Source: Malacoraja senta (lineage: Eukaryota). From it: 64,000 nucleotides of DNA. The position numbers were made by a program, and so were the translations under genes. The stretch's first letter is position 1. Each line of letters opens with the position of its first letter. The stretch lies in the NCBI GenBank assembly GCA_038087875.1, contig CM075991.1, forward strand, positions 9,798,001 through 9,862,000, written 5' to 3'. This document shows positions 1-11,450 of this stretch, piece after piece. The notes beneath the pieces are model-generated. The model saw only the letters and a program-made list of their open reading frames with translations, did not search any database and had not been told where the DNA came from.

Positions 1-230
1 AGGAGTGTGGGCACTGAGGAAGGTTCGTTCCCACCGAGCCCCTCTGAGCCCCAGAGGAGTCGGGGCTAATCTTGAGTACCTGCCCTCGGTCACAGGAAGG
101 GGCCCAGTCTACCCCAACTGTGTAACTGGAGCAGGGCTGCAGTGTAAAATATGTGCGGCACAGTCCGCAGCCTAACTTGTAAACGCTCATGATTACAAAA
201 GAAGATCGGCCCATTGACATGTGTGGAAGA

Positions 231-385
231 TAGACAATAGACAATAGGTGCAGGGGTAGGCCATTCAGCCTTCGAGCCAGCACCGCCATTCTCTGTGATC
301 ATTACTGATCATCCACAATCAGTACCCCGTTCCTGCCTTCTCCCCATTTCCCCTGACTCCGCTATCTTTAAGAGCTCTATCTGAC
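231..385 (-). mobile_element. CR1-like (HER1-type) LINE 3' end fragment
   Basis: Reverse complement of the recurrent LINE 3' end (GYGEKAGTGY-stop region, 3'UTR, (CTATTGT)n tail). Confidence 0.85.
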
Positions 386-510
386 TCAAGATAGCAGAGA
401 GTCCCATGGACTCAGTAGGGAGCTACTCACAAACCTTGGTCCAATCAAACTGTGTCCTGGCAACAATTGATACGGTTTGGGCTCGTGACGTGCTCATTGA
501 CGCGCCCCTT

Positions 511-860
511 CATCTCTCATTCTTTCTCCCACTCTTTCTCTTTCTCTCTCTATCTCTCTCACTCCCTTTCTCCTTCACACTCTCACTCACACGATCTCAC
601 TCACACTTAGCCTTTCGAACTCTCTCACTCTCGCACCCTCTCTCTCTCATTCACTGGCTCTCTCACTCATTCTCTCTCACACACGCACACTTTCTTTGTC
701 ACACCCACATGCGTTCTCAATCCCGAGCACTCGTTCACACTTACACTGTTTCACGAGCACACTCGCACTACCAAGCTCACACCTACACGTATGTACTCTC
801 TCACTGAGAGTCACACACCACACACACACACTGAACTTCACGCTCATTCACACTCACTTC
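511..860. repeat. Degenerate CT/CA low-complexity microsatellite
   Basis: Runs of tctc/ctca/caca. Confidence 0.8.
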
Positions 861-1264
861 TATTCTCTCCCCCCCCCATAACACCCCTCCTCACCCACAT
901 ACATTTGACTCCGGTCTCATTTATAGAGGCATTATCTCCCAAGAATCCATGCCTCTTGGGGGGAGGGGGGGGGGGGTTGGAAAGGGTTGGGGGGATGGGG
1001 TGTTAGTGGAAGTAGTAGTGGTGGGGATGGGGGGGGGGGAGGGCAGGGATCGGAGGGGAAACAACAAATGTAATCAGAATTAGTTGGATTTCTTGACTTT
1101 CTGCCCAATTAAAAATCTGCACATTAAATTTGGAGGGATCAGCTGGCAGCGACACTCACCCCCCCCCCCGGGGATTTTGCTGACCGCAGAGCATTGCCTT
1201 TAACATGTTCCGTGCACTTAACCCCTTGCTGGTATGGGCTATGGATATTTATGTGGAGGGATAT

Positions 1265-1396
1265 GTCTGAAGAAGGGTCTCGACCCGAAAGGTCACCCAT
1301 TCCTTCTCTCCAGAGATGCTGCCTGTCCCGCTGAGATACTCCAGCTTTTTGTGTCCATCTTCGGTTTAAACCAGCATCTGCGGTTCCTTCCTACAC
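1265..1396 (+). mobile_element. Penelope-derived short element with minimal hammerhead motif
   Basis: ctgaagaagggtctcgacccgaaaggtcacc followed by the conserved ccagagatgctgcctgtcccgctgag body, homologous to the 3' end of the GIY-YIG fragment at 10198-10668. Confidence 0.8.
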
Positions 1397-1559
1397 AGAT
1401 ATAGATCCAGGTTCTCTCCGCTATAACTTACTATTGATTCTTTTCAAGAGCCCACATGCCAGCACGTTGCGCCTGTGTACATCAATATCGCCTGCGATCT
1501 GTCCTAACTGTTCTGCTGATCTTGTCATTCTGTTCTTGCCCTGTTGCTGTGGTGTATTG

Positions 1560-1743
1560 GACTTTAGACATAGGAGATACAGTGCGGAAACAGGCCCTTC
1601 GGCCCACCGATTCTGCGCCGACCCAGTGATCACCCGTACACTTAGTTCTATCCACACACTAGGGGCAATTCACGTAAGCCAATTAACCTACAAACCTGCA
1701 TGGTAAGAAATCAGAGCACCAGGAGAAAACCCACGCAGTCACG
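1560..1743 (-). mobile_element. tRNA-derived V-SINE (HE1-like), 3' part
   Basis: Reverse complement of SINE tail gggccgaagggcctgtttccgcactgtatctc and part of the V-domain. Confidence 0.8.
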
Positions 1744-1882
1744 TAGCAATAGGATTTGAGTATAGGACAGGGCGGTTCTACTGCAGTTGTACAGGGTCTT
1801 GGTGAGACCACACCTGGAGTATTGCGTACAGTTTTGGTCTCCTAATCTGAGGAAAGACATTCTTGCCATAGAGGGAGTACAG
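1744..1882 (+). mobile_element. CR1-like LINE ORF2 fragment running into the gap
   Basis: Translates [32 protein letters not shown], typical of the CR1 ORF2 C-terminal region. Confidence 0.9.
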
Positions 1883-2082
1883 NNNNNNNNNNNNNNNNNN
1901 NNNNNNNNNNNNNNNNNNNNNNNNNNNNNNNNNNNNNNNNNNNNNNNNNNNNNNNNNNNNNNNNNNNNNNNNNNNNNNNNNNNNNNNNNNNNNNNNNNNN
2001 NNNNNNNNNNNNNNNNNNNNNNNNNNNNNNNNNNNNNNNNNNNNNNNNNNNNNNNNNNNNNNNNNNNNNNNNNNNNNNNNNN
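1883..2082. other. Assembly gap (200 N)
   Basis: Run of exactly 200 n. Confidence 1.
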
Positions 2083-2293
2083 CACACGCTAGGGACAATT
2101 TACAATGATAGCCCTCCAATTAACCTACAAAACCTGGACGTCTTTGTAGTGTGCGAGGAAACCGGAGATCCCGGAGAAAACCCACGTGGTCACAGGGGAG
2201 AACGTACAGATTCCGTACAGACAGCACCCCTAGTCAGAATCGAACCCGGGTCTCTGGCGCTGTGAGACAGTAACTTTACCGTTCGCCACTGTG
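2083..2293 (-). mobile_element. V-SINE (HE1-like), 5' part
   Basis: Reverse-strand tRNA head (B box ggttcgattc) and V-domain. Confidence 0.85.
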
Positions 2294-2627
2294 CTACTGA
2301 TGGGGTGTTACGATGTCGGACACACCATCTTGCAGAAGAAGGGTTGAATCGAAGCCCTGTCTTTTCTCACAGGAGGGCTTAAAGGATTTCATGACATTTC
2401 TCTGAGGACATATACAGTTGTTCTGGCTAATACTTACTCTTCCAAAGGCAAACTTAAAAAAGCCAATCACAGGATCATCATTGTTGTTAGTGGGAACTTT
2501 ACGGGGGGGGGGGGGGGAAATCTGCTGTGAGATTTCCGACAATGTCAAGTTCAATTGGTGCTTCATCGGCCGAACAACGCTTAATGTAAAACAATAAAAA
2601 TAAAGGCAGTACACTCTCAGCATTCAC

Positions 2628-3245
2628 GGGGCAGCATGGTGGCACAGCGGTAGAGTTGCTGCCTTACAGCGCCAGAGACCCAGGTTCGACCTGACTGTAC
2701 GGAGTTTGTACGTTCTCCCCGTGGCCTGCGTGGGTTTTCTCCAACATCTTCGGTTTCCTCCCACATTCCAAAGACGTACAGGTTTGTAAGTTAATTGGCT
2801 TGGTAAAATTGTAACATTGTCCCTAGTGTGTGTGGGATAATGTTAAAGCCCTGTCCCACTGTACGAGTTCATTCCAAGAGCTCTCCCGAGTTTAAAAAAA
2901 ATCAAACTCGTGGTATGCACGTAGAATTAACGTAGCGGGTACTTCGGAGCTCGGGACGTCTCTTAGCGGCTCGTAACGCCAACGGCAGGTACTCGGGAAA
3001 ACGCGGTAAGCTCGGGAAGACTCGTGAAGATTTTCAACATGTTGAAAAATGTCCTCGAGAGCCCCGAGTGTCTACCAGCGGCCATTACCGTAAATCTCCG
3101 AGTTCGAATCAGGGCAAACTCGGGAGAACTCTTGAATGAAATCGTACAGTGGGACAGGGCTTTTAGTGTGCAGGGGTCGCTGGTCAATGCGGACTCGGTA
3201 GGCCGAAGTCCTGTTTCCAGGCTGTATCTCTGAACTAAACTGAAC
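2628..3245 (+). mobile_element. V-SINE (HE1-like), interrupted by a Harbinger MITE
   Basis: A box tggcacagcgg, B box ggttcga, V-domain gtttgtacgttctccccgt...cggtttcctcccac, tail gcc..gtttcc..ctgtatctctgaactaaa. Confidence 0.9.
2846..3162. mobile_element. PIF/Harbinger-type MITE (type A)
   Basis: Perfect 21-bp TIR aagccctgtcccactgtacga; TTA TSD at 2843-2845 and 3163-3165 inside the SINE. Confidence 0.9.
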
Positions 3246-3567
3246 TCAGTAGGATCAGATGCTGAGATGGTCATGCTTGCTCTGTCATTCAGTGGGACCA
3301 TACTGTGCTTCAAGTCCACTCTCCTGCCAGTCCCTGTATCTCTGTATTTCTGAATATGTCCACAACCTAGTGGGTAGAAAGTTTCAACAGCCTACACCCC
3401 TCTGTGATCATTAAAGTAATCTACAGAGACCGGACTATCACAGCATTGAAAACATTATGAGACGCTTCCTATTGTTCTGATGAGTATGACAGAAGGCTTT
3501 CAGTATAGGTTTGGGAGATTTCATCTTTCAAACCCCTGGCCTGCGTGGAGGTGCAGCAGTCAGTGTG

Positions 3568-3868
3568 TTAGTTTAGTTTAGTTTAGTTTAGAGATGCAAT
3601 GTCATTGTGGAAGCAGGCCCTTCACCCCAACCGCGTCCGCGTCGGCCAGCGATCCCCATTCACTAGTTCCACCATACACACCAGGGACAATTTGCAGAAG
3701 CCAATTAACCTACAAACCTGCGTGTGTTTGGAGTGTGGGATGAAACCGGAGCACCCAGAGAAAACCCACACGGTCACAGGGAAAACATATAAACTCCCTA
3801 CAGCCGTAGTCAGGATCGAACCTGGGTCTCTCGTGTCGTAAGGCAGCAACTCTACCACTGCGCCACCC
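3568..3868 (-). mobile_element. V-SINE (HE1-like), full length
   Basis: (TTTAG)n tail on the plus strand; V-domain and tRNA head on the minus strand. Confidence 0.9.
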
Positions 3869-4556
3869 TAATAATGGGATATTGATCATCAGATTTCTGC
3901 TCCAGCTCACTTTGCAAACACCCAGGGAGTGAGGTTGGGTGGGGGGGGGGGAGAGGGGTTGGGGATGCGGTGTGGCGGATGGGGTGGGGGTGGCGGATGG
4001 GGTGGGTGGGGGCACGGTGTCCGCGGGTTGGATGAGGATGTGGCTGCATCCCCAGTCTGGATCTATGTATGAAAGTTGGGCACAAGGCCAAGAGGCTTGG
4101 AATCCTTGCCAGTAGAGACTTCCAGCGAGGAAGGGAACGTGAAAAACCCGGGGAGGAGAGAGCAAGAGAATAACTCTTCGTGCGTTGGTAATTTGCAATC
4201 GCAGCCCTTGGGAAAGAATTTTCCGAGTGACGTTAACATGATTTAAAGTCAGGATTATCGAACAATATGTGTCCCATTTCCACTATAACACACATCTGGG
4301 GCTGGTTTCCTGTGAGAGCATTGGACTTGAACCATTCAGAACATTCTCTCTTTTGGGCACCTGCACTAGCTCAGAACAACTTGCCTGTGGGTGATGATGA
4401 GCTTAGAAGCTTAGGAGAACAATTATTACATCCATTCATCTCTCCCCATTCGTACCTTTATGAGTTACTTTGTGCATTACTCTTGCGTAAGCTGCTGCTC
4501 CCGTGCAGAGTGCCTCCTTCTGACCACTTCTACGACCCCCCCCCCCCTTGGGGAAT

Positions 4557-4866
4557 GGTGGTGGCGCAGTGGTAGAGTTGCTGCCTTACAGAGCTTGCAG
4601 CGCCAGAGACCCGGGTTCGATCCCGACTACGGGCGCTTGTCTGTACGGAGTTTGTACGTTCTCCCCGTGACCTGCGTGGGTTTTCTCCGAGATCTTCGGT
4701 TTCCTCCCACACTCCAAAGACGTACAGGTTTGTAGGTTAATTGGCTTGGTCAATGTAAAAATTTTCCTTAGTGGGTGCAGGATAGCATTAATGTGCGGGG
4801 ATCGCTGGTCGGCGCGGACCAGGTAGGCCGAAGGGCCTGTTTCCGCGCTGTATCTCGAAAGTAAAC
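4557..4866 (+). mobile_element. V-SINE (HE1-like)
   Basis: A/B boxes (ggttcgatccc), V-domain, LINE-like tail. Confidence 0.9.
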
Positions 4867-5029
4867 TTGCTCCTCAGTTCAGGGTCAATTAGGGATAGAC
4901 AATACATGTTGGCTTTGCCAATGACACTGGGATTGAGAAAAAATATTTTCCCATGCCCATTCCTTGGACGTTGCCTTGGGAACGCAGTAGGTGTGCCAAA
5001 TAGCTTTTACAGGTCTCATTGCGATATCT

Positions 5030-5400
5030 AGCTAAGGTGATCTTATAGAGGTGTACAAAATCATGAGAGGAATAGATCGGGTAGATGCACATTGCCTCTT
5101 GCCCAGAGTAGGGGAATTCAGAATACGTAGGTTTAAGGTGGGCGGGTGGGGGGAGATTTAATAGGAACCTGAGGGGTAATTTATTCAGACAAAGGGTGGT
5201 GGGTGTATGGAACAAGCTGCTGGGAGAGGTAGTTGAGGCTGTTGCTATCCCAACGTTTAAGAAAAATTTAGACAGGTAAATGGATAGGACAGGTTTAGAG
5301 GGACATGGACCAAATGCAGAGTAGTGTAGATGGGACATGTTGGTGGGTGTGGGCAAGTTGGGCTGAGGGGCCTGTTTCCACGCTGCATCACTCTACGACC
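5030..5400 (+). mobile_element. CR1-like LINE 3' fragment (subfamily sharing its tail with the SINE)
   Basis: GDLIEVYKIMRGIDRVD-like start; ends gggcaagttgggctgaggggcctgtttccacgctg. Confidence 0.85.
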
Positions 5401-5538
5401 ATAGCAATAGTTCACTATTTCGAAACTCCAACCCCTTGCGATGAAGGCCAAGATGACATAGAATACAGCACAGAAACTGTCCCTTCAGCCCATCGTGTCT
5501 GTGCTAGCCATCAACTACCCATTCTCATTATTCACATG

Positions 5539-5706
5539 GACACAAAATGCTGGAGGAACTCAGCAGTACAGGCAGCATCTCTTTGGAGAAAAGGAATGGG
5601 TGACGTTTCATGTCGAGACCCTTCCTCAGACTGATGGGTGACGTTTCGGGTCGAGACCCTTCTTCAGACTGATGGGTGACGTTTCGGGTCGAGACCCTTC
5701 TTCAGA
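5539..5706 (-). mobile_element. Penelope-derived element with three tandem 38-bp hammerhead cores
   Basis: 38-bp unit x3 at 5596-5708; TSD ctcattattc(a/t)catg at 5524-5538 and 5707-5721. Confidence 0.85.
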
Positions 5707-6315
5707 CTCATTATTCTCATGTTATTCTCCCCACATTCCTTTCAACTGGGACATGGGGGAAAAGCAGGAACCGGGTACTGATATTCAATGATCAGCCATG
5801 ATCGTATTGAATGGCAGTGCTGGCTTGAAGGGCCGAATGGCCTGCTCCTGCCCCAATTTTTGAATGTTTCTAACTCCCACCCTGCACAGACTCTATCACT
5901 CAGCAAGACTCGAGTACCAAATTAACCCCTACTAACCCCTGCATCTTCGGTATGTGGGAGAAAATACAGCACCAGGAGTAAACCCATATGATCACAGGGA
6001 GAACGTGCAAACTCCACACAGACAGCACCCGAGGTCAGGATCGAACCGGGCGCGAGGCAGAAGCTCGACTAGCTGCACCACTAGTGTGCCACCCATGGAA
6101 ATTTGGAAAACTCGGGGAGCAATAAAAAAAAAATGCAGGGATAAGATAAAAGAACCAAAATGCAGAAGTGCCCTTCAAAAGTGCTTGCAGGCAGCCGACG
6201 GGCTGAATGGCCTCTCGCACGGCTGAGCCGTTCTATCACAACTCATTCCATGAGAAAAGCCTGAGAGAGGTGCATGTCCAACTCCCTGCTTTATGGCAAA
6301 TCAAACATCCTTGTT

Positions 6316-6541
6316 CTATGGAAGATAGACACAAAATGCCGGAGTAACTCAGAGGGGCAGGCGGCATTTCTGGAGGGAAGGAATGGGTGACGTTTCGGGT
6401 CGAGACCCTTCTTCAGACGAAGGGTCTCGACCCGAAACGTCACCCATTCCTTCTCTCCAGAGATGCTGCCTGTCCCGCTGAGTTACTCTGGCATTTTGTG
6501 TCTATCTTCAGTTTGAGCCAGCATCTGCAGTTCCTTCCTGC
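6316..6541. mobile_element. Palindromic (inverted pair) Penelope-derived hammerhead element
   Basis: Minus copy followed by plus copy; 11-bp TSD acatccttgtt at 6305-6315 and 6542-6552. Confidence 0.85.
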
Positions 6542-7050
6542 ACATCCTTGTTATTTAAGCAGCAAAGCGGAGCTGCAAAACAACTCCATTGTCAAATCTA
6601 AAAGGCCAAAAACAGCAAAGTAATACAACAAAGAAATTCAGCACCGCTCCAAGCAGTACGGAGCCTGCAAACCACTCGGGATTTGTTTGGTAGCTAATTA
6701 TTAGGATACTACAAGTAAATAATATTAATTAAAAAGATCTTCTAAATTAGTTTTTTCACACCTGCTTACTACTTAATTAGCTGCAGGTCTACTATTGGCA
6801 GCATCCAAATCACTCAATGCCCAGTGAAGCACAGCTCACATTAGCTGAGGAGTCGATAACAGCCCTATTCACAGTTTGGATTTCAATCATATTTTGACAA
6901 ATGATGTTTACTGAAACCGGTGGCTTGGAAAACATCATGTGTTAGCGGGTGAAAAAAGGAACTGCGGAAGCTAAAGGGGAAGTCGCTGTAATGGTCATTG
7001 GCGCGAGATCGCAAAGGAGGAATAATCTGGCACATGTAATTGGCACAACC

Positions 7051-7470
7051 CTCTGGAGTTTAGAAGGATGAGAGGGTATCTCATTGAAACATATAAGATC
7101 GTTAAGGGCTTGGACACGCTAGAGGCAGGAAACATGTTCCCGATGTTGGGGGGGGGGAGTCCAGAACCAGGGGCCACAGTTTAAGAATAAGGAGTAAGCC
7201 ATTTAGAACGGAGACGAGGAAACACGTTTTCTCACAGAGAGTGGTGAGTCTGTGGAATTTTCTGCATCAGAGGGCGGTGGAGGCAGGTTCTCTGGATGAT
7301 TTCAAGAGAGAGCTAGATAGAGCTCTTAAAAATAGCGGAGTCAGGGGATATGGGGAGAAGGCAGGAACGGGGTACTGATTGGGGATGATCAGCCATGATC
7401 GCATTGAATGGCGGTGCTGGCTCGAAGGGCCAAATGGCCTACTCCTGCAGCTATTGTCTATTGTCTATTG
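7051..7470 (+). mobile_element. CR1-like LINE 3' fragment
   Basis: LEFRRMRGYLIETYKIVKGLDTLEAG...GYGEKAGTGY stop, then (CTATTGT)n tail. Confidence 0.9.
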
Positions 7471-7521
7471 TTTCCACTGGTGGGAGGGTCGAGGCCTCAG
7501 AATTAAAGGACGTTCCTTTAG

Positions 7522-7765
7522 CGGGGCGGCATGGTGGCGCAGATGTAGGGTTCGATCCCAGCTACGGGTGCAGTTTGTACGTTCTCCCCGTGACCACGTG
7601 GGTTTTCTCCGAGATCTTCGGTTTCCTCCCACACTCCAAAGACGTACGTGTGTGTGTGGGTTAGTTGTCTTGGTGTACGTGTAATGTGTGATAGTGTTAA
7701 TGTGCGGGGATCGATGCTCGGCACAGACTCGGTGGGCCGAAGGGCCTGGATCTCTAAACTAAAAA
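7522..7765 (+). mobile_element. V-SINE (HE1-like), internally deleted
   Basis: tRNA head, V-domain, tail ctctaaactaaa. Confidence 0.85.
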
Positions 7766-7827
7766 ATAAACACAATAGTTCACTAGTAGTCAATCGCTGC
7801 CTATGAGAATGAATGCTGTCTCACACT

Positions 7828-7962
7828 CATATCTCCAGACTCCCTCTCCCCAGACTCTCAATCTGAAGAAGAGTCTCGACCAGAAACGTCACCTATTCCT
7901 TTTCTCCAGAGATGCTGCCTGACCCGCTGAGTTACTCCAGCATTTTGTGTCTGTCTTCGTGT
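7828..7962 (+). mobile_element. Penelope-derived hammerhead element
   Basis: ctgaagaagagtctcgaccagaaacgtc; flanked by tgct(g/a)tctcacact duplication. Confidence 0.75.
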
Positions 7963-8035
7963 TGCTATCTCACACTACTGGTCTAGCAGAATCTCTTTCT
8001 CTCTCATTCTCTCTCTCACTCTCACTCTCTCTCGA

Positions 8036-8290
8036 CGGCTGTTATCAGGCAACTGAATCATCCGACCACATCCAGAGAGCAGTGCTGAACTACTATCGAC
8101 CTCTTTGGTGACCCTCGTACTATCCTTGATCGGACTTCTCTGTCTTTACCTTGCACAAAACGTTATTCCCTACAAGTACAAGTATCTGTAGGTAGTAAAT
8201 AGAGTGATTGTAATCATGTATTGTCTTTCCTCTGACTGGTTAGCGTGCAACAAAAGCTTTTTACTGTACACTTGACGATAAACTCAACTG
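8036..8290 (+). mobile_element. LINE 3' end, Rex-Babar-like
   Basis: AVIRQLN-like C-terminal remnant and 3'UTR ending caacaaaagctttt.actgtac..gac.ataaact; related copy on the minus strand at 26196-26375. Confidence 0.55.
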
Positions 8291-8382
8291 AGACTGATCT
8301 CTGCATTTACCACCATTTACCATGTACTTGGTATCCCCTAGTTTCATCCCCCTAGTTCTGGGCTCTCTGTGCAAAGGAAAGG

Positions 8383-8687
8383 GGGATAAGGATAAGGATA
8401 AGGGGGAAGTCTTTTAGGACCGAGATGAGAAAAACATTTTTCACACAGAGAGTGGTGAATCTGTGGAATTCTCTGCCACAGAAGGTAGTTGAGGCCAGTT
8501 CATTGGCTATATTTAAGAGGGAGTTAGATGTGGCCCTTGTGGCTAAAGGGATCAGGGGGTATGGAGAGAAGGCAGGTACAGGATACTGAGTTGAATGATC
8601 AGCCATGATCATATTGAATGGCGGTGCAGGCTCGAAGGACCGAATGGCCTACTCCTGCACCTATTTTCTATGTCTCTATGTTTCTAT
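8383..8687 (+). mobile_element. CR1-like LINE 3' fragment
   Basis: FFTQRVVNLWNSLPQKVVEA...GYGEKAGTGY; (TTTCTATG)n tail. Confidence 0.9.
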
Positions 8688-9495
8688 GAAAGGTCAAAAA
8701 GGTGGGCATGGGTGTGATGGGCCGAAGGGCCTGTTCCAGCGCTGTGCAACTTTATGGCTCCTTGAAACAGTCTCTCTGCATCTGCCCTGTCAAGCTCTCT
8801 CTGAGTAATCTGTGCTTCAGTGGAATCCTCCTCCTGTTCTTCACAATTCCAGTGAGAATCAGCCAATGTTATTCCATCTGTCCTCGTAGGACAAGCCTCT
8901 CCACCCAAGGAATCAATCTTGTGAATCTTCGCCGGCTCAAGGTCAGCGCGTCTTTGCTCGGGGACGGAGAAAAAACCTCAGGGAATATCCCCCCAGGTGT
9001 GGTCCCACCTTGAGATAAAGGAGCAGGCGTAGACTACTCAGTACCTGAAAGCTGCCTCGCCATCCAATACAACCATCATTCATGTATCATAGTTCCCCAT
9101 AGCCCTCAATCCCTTGATCTTTCAAAGATTTCCTCCTCAGATTTACCTCCAACGACCTCACCTTCACAGGTCTCCAGGGTAGAGAGTTCCAGATATTTAC
9201 CACCCTCTGGGAGAAGAAATTTCTTAACGTCAGGTTCAAATGGCCCCCCTCTCCTCAAATCTTCTTGCTATGCCCCCCAGTTCGTGGCACTCCCACTGGT
9301 GTAATCATTGGTGAACATCTATCCTCTCTTGCCACTTTAAGGTCAGGACGGTACGTTTCAGCGAGACCATCCTTCATTCTCATAAAGTCAAGAGAATGCA
9401 GATCCCTATACCTGACTTTCAGTCTGCAGAAGGGCCTCAAGCCAATATATCACCTATTCCTTTTCTCCAGAGATGCTGCCTGACCCATTGAGTAA

Positions 9496-9801
9496 TGGGC
9501 CTGTCCCACTTAGGTGATTTTTCAGGCAACTACAGGTGACTAGGCTGTCGCCACGTGGTCGCCAGGGGTACGGTCGTGAGTCGTCTCCTCAGTCGCCCAA
9601 AGAGTCGTAGCGTCTTTCTGGTCACCGCTGGATTTTTAACACGTTGAAATATTTTGGTGACAGTGGCGATCGTGGGTTTGACGCTAATGAGTGTAGGTTG
9701 CCGCCAGATGACGTAGGTTGTCGCCGGTGCTGACTTTGGTGAATTCCATTGTCGTATTCGCCAGCAGTCAGCTAAAAAATCGCCTAAGTGGGACAGGCCC
9801 A
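9496..9801. mobile_element. PIF/Harbinger-type MITE (type B) inserted in a hammerhead element
   Basis: TIR tgggcctgtcccacttagg; flanks TAA/TTA at the host gagTTActcc site. Confidence 0.85.
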
Positions 9802-10197
9802 TTAGTCCACCACTTTGTGTCTATCTTAGGATACAGAACCCACTTCTTTAGCAGTTTATGATAGGACAACTGCTTCATCCCAAGAATTAGCTTTGTGAAT
9901 CTGTAATTCACCACCTCCAATACCAGCGTATTCTTTCTTAAATAAGGTGCTCGATACCGTACACTCACTCCATGTGCAGCCTCACCAATACCCGATGCAT
10001 ATGGCAATGTTTCACTCATTCTAATCTCCAACCCATATTGAATAAATGCCAATGTGCCATAGAATTATAGTCATGCAACACAGAGACTGGCCCTTCGGCC
10101 CGTCATGTCTGTACTGACTATCAACCACCCATTCACCCAATCTTATTTTATTCTCCAAAAATGTATTTTTTAATTTTACGCAAGATTCTACCAGTAA

Positions 10198-10668
10198 GCT
10201 GATCTACATCGGTGAGACCAAGCGGAGGCTTGGCGATCGTTTCGCCGAAAACCTCCGGTCGGTCCGCAATAACCAACCTGAACTCCCGGTGGCTCAGCAC
10301 TTCAACTCCCCCTCCCATTCCGTATCTGACCTCTCTGTCCTGGGTCTCCTCCATGGCCACAGCGAGCAACACCGTAAATTGGAGGAAATGCACCTCATAT
10401 TCCGCTTGGGCAGTCTACATCCTGGTGGCCTGAACATTGAATTCTCCCAATTCTGCTAGCCCTGGCTGTCCCCTCCCCTTCATCAGCCATCTGGTTGTCT
10501 CCTCCCCTCCCCCAGCCCTCGGGCTCCTCCTCCGCCTTTTCCTTTTTTCCTTTCTTCTCCCCACCCCCTATCAGTCTGAAGAAGGGTTTCGGCCTGAAAC
10601 GTTGCCTATTTCCTTCGCTCCATAGATGCTGCTGCACCCGCTGAGTTTCTCCAGCATTTTTGTGTACC
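10198..10668 (+). mobile_element. Penelope-like element 3' fragment: GIY-YIG endonuclease C-terminal part plus pLTR hammerhead
   Basis: 10202-10459 translates IYIGETKRRLGDRFAENLRSVRNNQPELPVAQHFNSPSHS...EMHLIFRLGSLHPGGLNIEFSQFC*; hammerhead-like ctgaagaagggtttcggcctgaaacgtt at 10576; 12-bp TSD ttctaccagtaa at 10186-10197 and 10669-10680. Confidence 0.9.
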
Positions 10669-10705
10669 TTCTACCAGTAACCTGCTCGTCTTTGGGATGT
10701 GGGAG

Positions 10706-10910
10706 GAAGCCGGAGCACCAGTCTGTACACAGCTTGTACGATCTCCCCGTGACCTGCGTGGGTTTTCTCCAGGAAGCTCCGGTTTCCTCACACGTATTGT
10801 ATTGTGTGTGAGACTGTGTTAATGTGCGGGGATCGCTGGTCGGCACGGACTCGGTGGGCCGAAGGGCCCGTTTCTGCATTGTATCTCTAAACTAAACTAA
10901 ACGAAACTAA
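10706..10910 (+). mobile_element. V-SINE, 5'-truncated
   Basis: V-domain and (CTAAA)n tail. Confidence 0.8.
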
Positions 10911-11153
10911 AAACAGAGCAAATCCCTCGCAGGCAGGAGGAGAGCATGCAAACTCCACGCAGTCAGCACCGGAGGTCAGGATCGAATCTGTGCCACTGGT
11001 GTTGTGAAGCTGCAGGTCTGCCAGCCCAAACTACTTACTGCATCTGCCAGTTAATTTTAAACATCTAAGGATTATACAAAAGGAACTAGATTTCTTCACC
11101 TGTACACTCCCTCTCTTTGCAATGAACACAAAGAATAAAATTGGGAAGGCACA

Positions 11154-11450
11154 TTTAGACTTTAGAGATACAGCTTGAAAACAGGCCCTTCAGCCCACCG
11201 AATCTGTGCCGTCCGGCGATCACGACGTGCACTTACACTATCCTACACACTCGAGACAATTTACGATTTTACAGAAGCCCAATTAACTTACAAACCTGGA
11301 CTTTGTTGGAATGTGGGAGGAAACCGGAGCACCCGGAGAAAACCCACGCGGTCACAGGGAGAACGTGCAAACTCTGTGCAGACAGCACCCGTGGTCAGGA
11401 TCGAACCCGGGTCTCTGGCGCTGTGAGGCAGCAACTCTACCGCTGCGCCA
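11154..11450 (-). mobile_element. V-SINE (HE1-like)
   Basis: Head, V-domain and tail on the minus strand. Confidence 0.9.

Noticed and set aside
1711..2119. ORFs spanning X runs
   Set aside because: Artefacts of the 200-N gap
5596..5708. CRISPR-like array of 38-bp repeats
   Set aside because: No spacers, eukaryotic context; it is a tandem of the Penelope hammerhead core
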